A stretch of DNA of 64,000 nucleotides from Isurus oxyrinchus. Taxonomy: Eukaryota. The position numbers and the translations under genes are program-made. The notes beneath the pieces were generated by a model. That model was not told where the DNA came from and did no database searches. It saw only the letters and a list, made by a program, of their open reading frames with translations. Of the stretch, positions 12,520 to 25,284 are shown in pieces (positions within the stretch are counted from its first letter, which is position 1; each line of letters starts with the position of its first letter). The stretch spans positions 1,798,001-1,862,000 of the forward strand of contig JANJGN010000071.1 in the NCBI GenBank assembly GCA_026770705.1. The letters are read 5' to 3'.

Positions 12520-13120
12520 AGAGGTATTCCAGCACAGTAGGAGCCCATTCAGCCCATTGAGTCCATGCTGCCTCTCTGTAGAGCAATCCACTCAGTCCCA
12601 TTTCCCCCGCTCTATCCCCGTATCCCTGTGAGTTTATTTCCCCTCATGTGTCCATCCAATTTCCTTTTGAAATCGTTCATCGTCTCCACTTCCACCATCC
12701 TCGTAGGCAGCGAGTTCCAGCTCATTACCACTCGCTGTGTAAAAAAGTTCCTTCTCACATCACCCCCTGTCCAAATCCTTCAATCTGTGTCCCCCAGTCC
12801 TTGTACCATCAGCTAATGGCAACAGCTTCTCTTTGTCTGCCTTATCTAAACCCATCATCATCTTGTACACCTCGATCAGATCCCCCCTCAATCTCCTTTG
12901 CTCCAAGGAGAACAACCCCAGCTTCTCCAACCCAACCTTGTAGCTAAAATCCCTCATCCCTGGACCCATTCTGCTCAATCTCCTCCCCACCCTCTCAAGG
13001 ACCCTCACTTCCTTCCCAAAGTGAGGAGACCAGAACTGGACACAATACTCTAGTTGTGACCTAACCAGAGCTTTATAAATGTTCAGCATAACCTCCCTGT
13101 GTTTTTACTCAATCCCTCGA
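12520..13120 (-). mobile_element. CR1 LINE 3' fragment
   Basis: YKALVRSQLEYCVQFWSP..LFSLEQRRLRGDLIEVYK; duplicate at about 28620-29205. Confidence 0.88.
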
Positions 13121-13485
13121 TTTATGAAAAGCTTATTCTTTCCATCAGCACAAACAGCAATTTCCAAGCGGACTCCCATCAGCAGACAGAGTGCAATGAA
13201 ACATCGGCATGCCTGCTTCTTAATGTACGGAGAGAATCCTGGAACGAGAGATTCTCCTTCTTCTCCTCAGCAAGCTGAAACTTTTCCTTATACCTGGTGC
13301 ACCCCAGTCCTGCTGTGTGGACACATCATAACCACGGCATTGTCTGGCTGTGTGCAGCCAACATGGTCAAATAGGAATGAACAGAAATGTGACGTTGCTA
13401 AACTCTGTTCTCTGATTGGAATGTGCTTTCTGAATGCTGCACCTTTTTCATGCTGCGATAGATTGTAAGAAGCATTTGGGTTATG

Positions 13486-13491
13486 AATAAA
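13486..13491 (+). terminator. Candidate polyadenylation signal of gene A
   Basis: AATAAA inside a segment homologous to the 3' UTR of the - strand ITIM gene; conserved in gene B at 29571-29576. Confidence 0.55.
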
Positions 13492-13849
13492 ATTACATTG
13501 ATTAACACAAGTGATTAAAATGCTCAGCCTGTTCTGTAGATATTTATAGATTAAAATTCTTATTTTGAAGCCAAATTTTTGGCTCAAAGACATTACTTCA
13601 TGTTGTCACATTTGTTCTATCATACGAATTGCTGTGCCCAGCTTTATAATAGAAATTTCCCATGTAAACATGTCACATTGTAGTTTCACACTCCTGCCAG
13701 TGGTGGTGCCATTCCAAAGCTGTCTTGTTGCACCGAACAGTGGGAAATATTCTCGACGTGTACATGATGTTGTTGTTACACGGACATCAGGCGGAACCTT
13801 GGGCAGTGCCTAGAATGCACTTAGAACAGTGCAGACCACGCTCAGAACT

Positions 13850-16560
13850 GACAGTGCAGCGTTTCCTCAGTGCTGACCCTCCGTCAGTGCAGCGCTCCCT
13901 CATTACTGTCCCTCTGACAGTGCTGCACTACCTCATTATTGACCCTTTTCAAGTGCAGCACCCCGTCAGCACTGACCTTCTGACAGTGCAGCACTCCCTC
14001 ATGGATGACAATCTGACAGTGCAGCACTCCCTCAGTACTCACTCACCCACAGTGCAGCATTACCTCAGTACTGATCCTCTGATACTGTATCCCTCCCTCA
14101 CTACTGACCTTCCGACAGTTCGGCACTCCCTCGGTACACACCTTCTGACTGTGCAGCACTCCCACAGTGCTGACAAACTGACAGTGCAGCATTCCCTCAG
14201 TACTGACCCTCTGACACTGTATCCCTCCCTCACTACTGACCTTCCGACAGTTCAGCACTCCCTCAGTACTGACGCTCCCACAGTGCAGTACTCCCTCAAT
14301 TCTCACCCTCCCACAGTGCAGCACTCCCTCAGGACTCACCCTCCCACAGTGCAGTACTCCCTCAATTCTCACCCTCCCACAGTGCAGTACTCCCTCAGGA
14401 CTCACCCTCCCACAGTGCAGCCCTCCCTCAGTACTCACCCTCCCACAGTGCAGCACTCCCTCAATTCTCACCCTCCCACTGTGCAGCACTCCCTCAGGAC
14501 TCACCCTCCCACAGTGCAGCCCTCCCTCAGTACTCACCCTCCCACTGTGCTGTGCGAGTTGTTTCAATCAAGACTGGTGCACAAAGAGGGAGGTTTCAAT
14601 GCTAAATCATTGAAATCGTGAAAATTATTTTTAGGCTTACGGGAACAAAACTTAGTTCCTCAAATCCTTTCTTTTGCAATAACACACAGTACAAGAATTG
14701 TGTTTAAATAAATTCCAGTTAAACTTTGCCATGAAAGGATATCTCTCCGCTCTACCTCAGTACTAACCCTCCCACAGTCCGGCACCCCCTCAATACTGAC
14801 CCTCCAACTGTGCGGAAATCACTCAGTACAGACCCTCCGACAGTGCAGCACTCCCACATTACTGACCCTCTGACAGTGCAGCACTCCCACATTACTGACC
14901 CTCTGACAGTGCAGCAATCCCTCATTACTGACCATCTGACAGTGCAGACCTCCCACATTACTGACCCTCTGACAGTGCAGCGCTCCCACATTACTGACCC
15001 TCTGACAGTGCAGCACTCCCTCATTACTGACCACGTGACAGTGCAGACCTCCCACATTACTGACCCTCTGACAGTGCAGCCCTCCCACATTACTGACCCT
15101 CTGACAGTGCAGCACTCCCTCATTACTGATCCTCTGACAGTGCAGCACTCCCTCAGTACTCACCCTCCCACAGTGCAGCACTCCCTCAGTACTCACAAAC
15201 CACAGTGCAGCACTCCCTCAGTACTCACACTCCCACAGTGCAGCAACCCCTCAGTACTCACCCTCCCACAGTGCAGCACTCCCTCAGTACTCACTCTCCC
15301 GAAGTGCAGCACTCCCTCAGTACTCACACTCCCACAGTGCAGCACTCCCTCAGTACTCACCCTCCCACAGTGCAGCACTCCCTCAGTACTCACCCTCCCA
15401 CAGTGCTGTGTGAGTTGTTTCAATCAAGACTGGTGCACAAAGAGGGAGGTTTCATTGCTAAATCATTGAAATCCGTGAAAATTATTTTTAGGCTTACGGG
15501 AACAAGACTTAGTTCCTCAAATCCTTTCTTTTGCAATAACACACAGTACAAGAATTCTGTTTAAATAAATTCCAGTTAAACTTTGCCATGAAAGGATATC
15601 TCCTCACGCTCCGCTCTACCTCAGTACTAACCCTCCCACAGTCCGGCACCCCCTCAATACTGACCCTCCAACTGTGCGGAACTCACTCAGTACTGACCCT
15701 CCGACAGTGCAGCACTCCCACATTACTGACCCTCTGACAGTGCAGCCCTCCCACATTACTGACCCTCTGACAGTGCAGCACTCCCTCATTACTGACCATC
15801 TGACAGTGCAGACCTCCCACATTACTGACCCTCTGACAGTGCAGCCCTCCCACATTACTGACCCTCTGACAGTGCAGCCCTCCCACATTACTGACCCTCT
15901 GACAGTGCAGCACTCCCTCATTACTGAACCTCTGACAGTGCAGCACTCCCTCAGTACTCACTCTCCCACAGTGCAGCACTCCCTCAGTACTCATACTCCC
16001 ACAGTGCAGCACTCCCTCAGTACTCACCCTCCCACAGTGCAGCACTCCCTCAGTACTCACCCTCCCACTGTGCTGAGCGAGTTGTTTCAATCAAGACTGG
16101 TGCACAAAGAGGGAGGTTTCATTGCTAAATCATTGAAATCCGTGAAAATTATTTTTAGGCTTACGGGAACAAGACTTAGTTCCTCAAATCCTTTCTTTTG
16201 CAATAACACACAGTACAAGAATTGTGTTTAAATAAATTCCAGTTAAACTTTGCCATGAAAGGATATCTCCTCACACTCCACTCTACCTCAGTACTAACCC
16301 TCCCACAGTCCGGCACCCCCTCAATACTGACCCTCCAACTGTGCGGAACTCACTCAGTTCAGACCCACCGACAGTTCAGCACTCCCTTATTACTTACCCT
16401 CTGATAGTGCAGCACTCCCTCATTACTGACGCTCTGATGTTGCAGCACTCCCACATTACTGACCCTCTGACAGTGCAGCCCTCCCACATTACTGACCCTC
16501 TGATAGTGCAGCACTCCCACAGTAAACTCCCGCTGACATTGCAGCACTCCCTCCGTAATG
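13850..16560. repeat. 33-bp minisatellite arrays with a triplicated ~200-bp spacer
   Basis: The spacer gagttgtttcaatcaagactgg..gccatgaaaggatatctc recurs at about 14555, 15412 and 16079. Confidence 0.92.
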
Positions 16561-16780
16561 ATAACAGGGATCGTTGAAATGTATCATAAGGCCAGAGACC
16601 TGTATTGGGAACTCTTATCGCCTGAGTTTCAGCCTCCGAGGTGAGGGGCAGGAGTCTAATCCCACGGAGCCAATGGAGAAGCTTGATGACTACAGCTGCC
16701 CAAATATGAGCTGACAGATCATCACATGGTAAACGTTTTGCTGAGAGCACAAAACATCCTCGATCTTCTCACTGGTTACC

Positions 16781-16794
16781 CACTTCCTCATTTT
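16781..16794 (-). promoter_or_regulatory. PU.1/ETS site in the putative promoter of gene B
   Basis: CACTTCCTCATTTT, i.e. AAAATGAGGAAGTG on the - strand. Lies about 130 bp upstream of a strong donor (G|gtaagt at 16921) of a probable non-coding first exon. Confidence 0.5.
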
Positions 16795-17370
16795 GTCTCA
16801 CAGTGACACATCCACTCTTTCTAATTAAACACACAGAGGGAGCAGCACAGGAAGAGGTCATTCAGCCCAAGCAGAGCGTGTGGGCAGTTCCTCCCCAGGC
16901 GAGCAGTCGGACAGGTCCTGGGTAAGTAACGGAACGATTGGAATTCACTTCCACCACCAACACCGTCCTTTGTTGATGTTGTGACTTTATAAAGACAGAG
17001 CCAATGATTGATGCATTTGAAAGATTTCTACTGGTTATTGAGATCTGGGTGTGAGACTCAAGTCTGTTGTACAGAACATCTTTCTAGCTCAAGGGATGAG
17101 GGAAGTGCAGAGACATGAGCTTTGGGACGTCTTGAGGTGGTGAAAGGTGCTATAGAAATGCAAATCCTTCAATGTTTTTCTTTCTTAAAGCCTTGTAACT
17201 CTCTGCAGAGCACCTATCATCCCACAGAGAATCAAATTAGTCTGTCAAGACATTGTCCAAAAACAGTTCTGATCTCTCGAGAGCTGTCGGACAAGAGGTG
17301 AGGTCTCATTAACTCCTTTCTCTTTCAGAGTTTGAGAGTCAGAAGCTTATGAAATATCTGGGAGTGGACA

Positions 17371-17410
17371 ATGATCGGGAAATCCTACTTCCTCCTGTCA
17401 CTTCTCCAAG
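17371..17410 (+). CDS. Siglec-like gene B, signal-peptide (leader) exon
   Basis: ATG ATC GGG AAA TCC TAC TTC CTC CTG TCA CTT CTC CAA G|gtaata = MIGKSYFLLSLLQ. The phase-1 donor joins the V exon to give MIGKSYFLLSLLQVGLS-QEW. Exon acceptor tttcag ends at 17328. Confidence 0.85.
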
Positions 17411-18959
17411 GTAATAACATCGTCAGCTCGGACAGTTTATGGCTAATAGTCTTTGTAAAAGATCATTCTTATTGAGTGTGATTGGGAACCGATTCAGCAG
17501 TGAGCCAGCGTACAAACTCACACCAAGTCCCATTCACCCATCACCCCTGTGCTCACTGATATACACTGACTCCCTGTCTGACAGCAGAATTGGAGGAGAG
17601 CAGAGATCTCAGAGGGTTTTAGGGTTGGAGGAGGTTACAGGGATCGGGAGTGTAGAGGGGGGATGGTGGGGTAAGAAATCGATGATGAGAATTTGAAATT
17701 TGAGTCATTGCTGGACTGGGAACCAGTGTAGTTCAGCCAGTGACAGGGGAGCGATCAGCTGAATAGAGAATCAGGAATACCAACTGGGGGATGAAGTCTA
17801 TCCTGATGCTGGGACTCGGATAACATTGCCCTGAAATTTTGTGTCTTTTGCTGATTTTGTCAGAATTTCCCATGAAGACAACACAGCAGCTCCTAGAATA
17901 GACAGGCTGTTCAGTGTCACACTTCCTGTCCATTCTCACCATGCTAGATACTTCAATAAGGGAGCAAGATAACTGAAAGAGAGAAGGAAGGCAAAGCTGT
18001 CTGTGTGTAAAACTGTCAAATATTCTGAGTTATCATGATTGTCTCTGATCTGCTGCAGAGTTTAAAGTTCTCAGAACATTAGCACTTTGCAGCTCAGAGA
18101 GAGACCATTGACTCACTGCCTGAAAGGCCGGTGGAAGCAGATTCAACAGGAACTTTCAGAAGGGGAACTAGATAAATACTTGAAGGAGACATTTTGCAGG
18201 GTTGTGGAGGAGAGAGTAGAGGTTAGAGTGGGACTTATTGGACAGATCTTTCAAAGGCCCAGCACAGGCTCGATGGGCCAAATGGCATCCTTCTGTTCCG
18301 GATCATTCTACAATCTGATAAATTAAGCCCCGCATCAGTAACTCTTCAGGCTCCTGCTGCAGGGATGGATCTTTGAGAAGGACAGGGAACAAGAGGTTCC
18401 TGGTATCATTTTCATATTTCTTGACAATTACATAAGTGTATAGATCTGTTGAATATTTGAGTCTCTAAAGCGTAGAGGTAATCTGCTGTTATGTCGAGAT
18501 CTTGTGGTGGCAAAATTGTCTGGAGGTTTCTTTAATTGCTCACATTGATCTGTGGGATTGTCATTCTTCGATGTTGTCCCTGGTTTCAACTGACATTACA
18601 CCCTTGATGCAATTGAGGAGGCTTTAAACTAATATGGCAGGGGATGGGATCCCGAGAGGAGGTTCAACAGAGAGAGATGCACAGCCAAAATTAGAAGAGA
18701 GAGCAAATGAACCTGGAAGGCATAGAAATTATTGGCCATTTAAGGCTCAAGATAGTATGGCAAAGTTGGATTGTATTAATTTTAATGCAAGGAGTCTGAC
18801 AGACTTGCATTCTCCTGCAGGTGTAATGTTGCAGCTCCCTTGAAACTGCCAATATTGTTGAATCTTTCTGCATATTTCAATGTTATGTCATGCACTGAGC
18901 TGATGGGATAGTTTCTGAGACTGGGACAGACGTAAATCCATTGGTTTTCGGCCAGACCG

Positions 18960-20600
18960 GACAATCATGGAAGTGGGTGGGGCCAGAAAATCCCACCCCT
19001 ATGGGAACATTTTCAGTTTATTTGATGTGCCCAGAGAGATCAATAAAGACCACAATCCACAATTTATTGGCAAGCCACGTCAGGATATGTGTGAGAGGTG
19101 GAATATCGATCACCGCTCCTCGTCTCGTCGTGTACATCATCGCCATTTCCTGGTTTGTCAGTCACCACATGTATATGTTCCTGATGGGATAGCGGATGGT
19201 CATTCTTATTGCTTGAAGGTTCCCCGTTGTGCAGGGTTTGTTTGGATCAGCGCACGGCTCTTTGTAGCTGCATCAGCCTTTGCTCTAGTGCCCTGCCGCT
19301 GTCAATGGCCCTTTCTGCCACAAGCCTTGCAGGATTGGTGGAAAGCTGGGCATTTCCTTGGTGTCCGCAGAAGGCCACACCTTCCACACGTCTCACTAGG
19401 TTTGGATGTTCTAGTGAGTGTGCCAACAATTGATGTTGTACTGAGGACCTATAAGCTTCGTTGACCTGCGAGGATCACTTCGTATTTATGTCCATCCTAG
19501 AGTAACTCTTCAATGCTATAGGTTTTGGTCTTATCTAGCAGATCTTTCTGGAAGGCTTCCATGGGAGTGGATGCGATCACCAACTCAACAACTGTGTCTG
19601 CAGGCTCTGTGTTTGAAATCACAGTGCGTACCCTTTTCTCTACATCGGCAGATGAAGTGGTCTATGGATTGTGTAGGCTGATGAAATGACATAAACTCTA
19701 GTTGATGAATATGGAGTTTCACCTGATTCTGAACCTGTCTTCCAATATCGTCCATATCTATTGGGGATCCTTTCGCTCTTCTGCTGTTAATCCTGACGTG
19801 TTCAGCCTGTGTAGACCTTCATTCCCAATCGCGAGGTGAATTTTTATGGGTGGTTCGTCTGGTTCAGTCACACCTGAATCAGGAAACCAGAGCTCTGTAC
19901 GCTGTTTAAACATTCTGAATTCAGATAGTCGGTCAGCTACATCCCAGTTCAAACTGGGGAATTTCGTGGACATTCTGACAATATTCCTTTGACGTTCCTT
20001 CTTCTACAGGACCTGGGATGAGTGTCGCTTTAGCCCCTTTTGTGCGCTTTTCTGAAGCTCCGCCCACGGAGACGGGTTGTGGCAGGAACACACCACGGAG
20101 TAATGGAGTCTTTGTTTTTTATTCAATTTGCTGTTCATCAATCTCAAAGCCGCCCGTTATAATCACTAACTTCTCTGGGCTGATTTTTATAATGGTTTTT
20201 GTGTGTTTGAATCTCCCTCGCTCACTATCGATCCAGCCCACACCCTGGTCACTCGCCTTCCCTGACTGAGCTAACCCGCTGCTGGTCCTGGCAATACACA
20301 CTGTCCCACTCACTGACCTACAGGCCGTGTGCTGTAATCTCACCACGAGGGATCCGTCTGCTCCCCAGCTCTTTACTTGAGCTCTTTCCCGTCACTGTGT
20401 CTTCAAAGGTTTCCTGAGCAGTCAGTACACTGCAATTTCAACCCTCTCTGATGCTGTGTCTCTGTTGTGGTCTGACCAAAGCGTCGAGGGTCGTCTCATG
20501 CCATGTTGTTCGATCTAAGGCTGTTCACCATGTCATACCTGTACTGAATCTTGCTGCCAGAATGTTTGGCCACCGCTGATCACCATGTTGTGTTTTTATA
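18960..20600 (-). mobile_element. Gypsy-like LTR retrotransposon relic (gag)
   Basis: Gag-like MSTKFPSLNW..FKQRTELWF, decayed zinc knuckle CKACGRKGH*QRQ at about 19300-19335, and a PBS-like AACA|TGGTGATCAG at about 20575-20590. Confidence 0.65.
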
Positions 20601-21827
20601 ATGATATAAAGGCACCAGCCACTGATACGGAATTGGGTAAATACATTGTGGGTTCAGTTATTTAGAACAGGGACATGAGAACAGATATACAAGGATAGAA
20701 AGCTGGGAGACACCTGCGGCCAAACTGTGTGAGCTGTGTTCTGCTCACAGGCCAAAGTGAAACTTGGACTGGATGGTGTTATCATCCCAGCTGATGTTAC
20801 TACTGGGCAAGTCAGATCCCAGGGTGGAACTCAGCTTGATAGGTCCTAACTTTTATTTTTTATTTAGGAATGTGGAGTGCGGCTACTGAACAGAGTCACA
20901 GGAGTCATCTGATGATCTTCTAACAAAAGAATAAAACATTTATTAAACTAGGAAAGACAAACTATATTACATTACACCTTCACCCAGATCTATACCTTTG
21001 CAGATTCATAAGTAGAACACAAGTTACAATAACTATCTTATATTCTCATGTTCACACTAAGTGCACAGTCGATATAAACCAATAGACGACCTGTGGTCAG
21101 GGACACCACATTCTGAAAGCAAGTGGCAGAGCCCACTTGAAACAAATTCTATGTCTCATCTGTCCCCAGACGCTTGTTACACTGTGAGCCAACCAGTCTC
21201 ACTGAAAAGCTTCTTTCATATGAGAGTTTCCAATCTCCACTCTCCAAGAACTCACTTTGGAATCTCCTCCAACATGACACTTTCACTCAGACACCTTCCA
21301 CAAGGGTCCACTTTCACTATTTCAAACTCTCCTTCCCATGTTCCTGCCCCCTGGATCGCCACGTGCATTCAGCCTTCCTTCCACGCCCTGTCTCTCCAAT
21401 GCTCAGCCGTGTCAATGGAACACCATGGCTTCACATGGCCGTAGTAATGAGTCACCAACCTGTGGTGTCTCCTAGGATCTTCTGGCTTCTCGCAAGCCTA
21501 TTTTGCTTTAGGCAAAACAAAATCAGCAAGTTAACCCAATGCCCCGGACAGTGGAATTCCAAATGCATTGTCCCAACTTCAGTTCTGTTGGAGAGCAGAC
21601 TTCTGCACAAACAGGGTCCTGAGGACCATGAACCAATGTAGAATGAACTTTTCCGCTTTTGTGTCCAGGATTCTCTTCCATCTGGTGTGATACCTTGTGG
21701 AGTTCATTGTGTGTCCTGTAGATGGTCCACACTGCAGCCACTGTGCCCGAGTGATGGAGGGGGTGGATAATGAGTCTTGTGGATCAACAAAACATCCAGA
21801 GTTAAATATTGATATTTCTCTCCCCAG

Positions 21828-22205
21828 TTGGATTGTCACAAGAGTGGAAAGGTGACACTCCACGAGAGGTGACAGCGCAGAAAGGTTCGTGTGTACAGAT
21901 TCCATGTCATTACAGTTATCCATCAGATTTGGTAAAGAAACCACATGTCGGAATCTGGAAAATGAGAAGCTACATACGGAACAAATGGTCTAAATGGTCT
22001 ACAGCCTTTCACTCCAAGGGTCACAGTCACGAGTTACCACGGTTCCGCCATCGGACCCGGCTGTCTGGAGACCTGAAAGATGGCGACTGTTCCCTGATTA
22101 TAAACAACATCAGACGGGAAGATGCAGGACCTTATTTTTTCACGATAAAATTTGGCAATCGTCCAAGCCATAACTATTACCCTGTAACCCAGCTTCAGGT
22201 TTCTG
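21828..22205 (+). CDS. Siglec-like gene B, V-set exon V3 (intact; essential Arg replaced by Thr)
   Basis: 378 nt, phase 1/1. Encodes GSCVQIPC..DCSL..YFFTIKF, with a divergent basic C-C' region WKMRSYIRNKWSKWSTAF. Confidence 0.88.
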
Positions 22206-22439
22206 GTAAGTGCTGTGTTATAATTACTCAACAATTCACATCCAACACTCAATGGGAAATAATAGTGTTTGATTTGCTTGTTTTTTGGCCGTGTTAACCA
22301 GCGTCACTATTTTTAATGATTTGTCTATTTCTGCTCCCAGATCCATGAGCTTATTGTGTGTGATTGAATCCACATCATAGCTGTAACGTAAACCGAGCTG
22401 AGGGGTGATGACACCTCCCCCCTGAGTGAAGTATCTCCT

Positions 22440-23430
22440 CCCCACTACACCTTTCACCCCTCACACTGTCCGTGTAAACCCCCGTCCCATCTCCAGCCTC
22501 TCTTTCCCCTCCAAAGTCCTTGAACGTGTTTCCATCTCCCGAATCCGTTCCCATCTTTCCCGGATCTCCATGTTTGAATCCCTCCAATCAGGTTCCCACC
22601 CCAGCCACTGTGCTGAAACAGCTCTTATCAAGGTCACAAATGGCATCCTGTGTGACTGTGACAAAGGTCAACTTTCCCTCCTCGTCCTTCTCGATCTGTC
22701 TGCAGCCTTTGACACGCTCGACCACACCATCCTCCTCCAACACCTCTCCACTGTCGTCCAGCTGGGTGGAACTGCTCTCCCCTGGCTCCATTCTTATCCA
22801 TCTCATCGTAGCCAGAGAATCACTTGCAATGGCTTTGCAGCATCATCTGAACAGTTTTAGTTTTCATCTGTCCACTGAGGATCCCCAGCTCTACCTCACC
22901 ACCACCTCTCTCGACTCCGCCACTGCTGCTAAATTATCAGGCTGCTTATCCGACATCCAGTACTGGATGGGCAGAAATTCCCTCCAATTAAATATTGGAA
23001 AGACTGAAGCCATTGTCTTCATTCCCCATTCCAAACTCTGTTCCCTCGCTACCAACTCCATTCCTCTCCCTGGCAGCTCTCTGAGATTGAAGCCAATCTG
23101 TTCACAGCTTTGTTGTCCCATTTGATCCTGAGATGAGCTTCCGGCCTCATATCTGCGCCCTCACTAACACCGTCTATTTCCACCTCCGTAACATTGTACG
23201 ATGTCACCCTGTCTCAGCTCATCTGCTGCTGAAACCCTCATCCACGCCTTCATTACCTCCAGTCTCGACTGTTCCAACACACGCTCTACACTCCATAAAC
23301 TTGAGGCCATCCAAAACTGCTGACCACGTCCTTACTCACACCAAGTCCCGTTCCCTTATCACCCGCTCTGCTCGATGACCGAGACTGGCTCCTGGTCAAG
23401 CAAAGTCTCAATGTCACAATTTTTGAATAT
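22440..23430 (+). mobile_element. L2-clade LINE RT fragment
   Basis: RPISSLSFPSKVLE..QSG..ETALIKV..LLDLSAAFDTLDH and QLNIGKTEAIVF. Confidence 0.88.
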
Positions 23431-23499
23431 TTTTCCTCCCTATTACAGTAATCTCCTCCTCTTCCTTCATCCACGGCAACATTCCCTATCTCAGGAGCC

Positions 23500-24325
23500 T
23501 CCTCCAGTCCCTACAACCCTCCTATCTCAGTACTCTCTTCCAATCCCGAAAACCATTCCTATCACTGCAAACTCCTCCGGACCCAACACCCCTCCCTATC
23601 TCTTTAACCTCCTCAAGCCCCGATAACCCTCGCGATATTTGTAGCCTCCTTCAGTCCTAACAACCTCCCCTATCTCTGCAACCTCCTTCAGACCGAATAC
23701 CTCTCCCTATCTCTGTAAGCTGCTCCATCTCTTACAACCCTTCATATTTCTGTAACCTCCTCCAGCCCACTACAACCCTCCCTATCTCTGTAACCTCCTC
23801 CAGTCCCTAAGAGTTTCCTTTATCTCTGTAACCTCCTCCAGCCATTATAACCCTCCCTATCTCTGTAGCCTCCCTCAGCCCCAGCCACACTCCATATCTA
23901 TCTAACCTCGTCCTGCCCCTACAAACCTCCCTATTTCTGTAACCCCATCCTGCCCCAAAAACTCCCCCATCTCTGTAAACTCCTCCAGTCCCTGCAACCT
24001 TCCCTACCTCTGGAACCTCCACCAGCCTTTCCAACCCTCCCTACCTCTGCAATCCGTCCAGCCCCTACAACTCTTCCTATCCCTGTAAACTCCTCCTGCC
24101 CCTAAAACCTTCTCTGCCCTTGCAGCCTCCTCCAGTCCCTACACGCTCCCCATCTCCATAAACTCCTCAAATCCCTATAGCCCTCCCTATCTCTGCAACC
24201 TCCTCCAGGTCCTACCACCCTCCCTATCTGCGTAACCTCCTCCAGTATCTACAGCCCTCCCTATCTCTGTTACCTCCTCCAGCCCCCACAAACCTCCCTA
24301 TCTGTGTAACCTCCTCCAGCCCCTG
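23500..24325. repeat. 37-bp minisatellite (C-rich strand)
   Basis: Unit ccctccctatctctgtaacctcctccagcccctacaa. Confidence 0.88.
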
Positions 24326-24394
24326 ATGGAAGGTGGGTCGAGCGGGTCAGTCACTTGCATGTTTATTCTGCAGCTTTAATATTTTAAGAAGGTA

Positions 24395-25228
24395 AGAATG
24401 TAGGAACATAAGAAATAGGGACAGGAGCAGGCCATTCGGCCCCTCCAGCCTGCTCTACTGATCTGGTTGTGGCCTTAACTCCATTTTCCTGCCTGTCCCC
24501 CAAACCCTTGACTCCCTTGTCGATCAAAAACCTGCCTCACTCAGCCTTGAGTCTATTCAATGGCCCAGCCTCCACTGCTGTCTGGGGAAGAGAATTCCAC
24601 AGGCTAGCGCCCCTCTGAGAGAGGAAATTCCTCCTCATCTCAGTCTTGAATGGGAGAGCCCTCATTCCGAAACTGTGCTCCCTGGTTCTAGATTCCCCCA
24701 CGAGGGGGAAACATCCTCCCAGCATCCACCCTGTCAAGCCCCCTCGGAATCGGATATGTTTCTATAAGGTCACCCCTCATTCTTCTAAACTCCAATGGAT
24801 ACAGGCCCAACCTGCTCAACATTTCCTCACAGGACAAACCCTTTAATCCCAGGAATCAGCCAGGTGAACCTCCTCTGAACTGCCTTCAATGCAGAGTCTA
24901 TCCCTCCCTAAGTAAGGAGACCAGAACTGTACACACTGCTCCTGATATAATCTCACCCTGTGCAGCTGTTGCAAGACTTCCCTCCTTTTATACTCCATCC
25001 CTTTGCAATAAAGGCCAACGTTCCACTTGCCTTCCTCATTCCGTGGTGTTCCTGAATGCTGACTTTCTGTGATTCATGTACAAGGACACCCAGATCCCTC
25101 TGTACTGCATTCAGCAGCCTCTCTCCATTTAAATAATATCCTGTTTTTCTATTCTTCCTGCCAAAATAATTTGTTGTAGTCCTCCTCAGTATTGACCATC
25201 CCCCCAATTCAGCCTCATCTGTAAATTT
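24395..25228 (-). mobile_element. CR1 LINE 3' fragment
   Basis: QRDLGVLVHESQKV and FKTEMRRNFLSQR..WNSLP. Confidence 0.82.
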
Positions 25229-25284
25229 GAGTCTAGTGGATCCACAAACCATCCAGAGTTAAATATTGAGATTTCTCTCCCCAG

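Noticed and set aside
14040-16075. Many CACAGTG heptamers near multiple V exons, suggesting V(D)J-like rearrangement
   Set aside because: The heptamers are minisatellite variants. The nonamer-like sequence I checked is 31 bp away, not 12 or 23. The V exons end in ordinary splice donors and already include the G strand.
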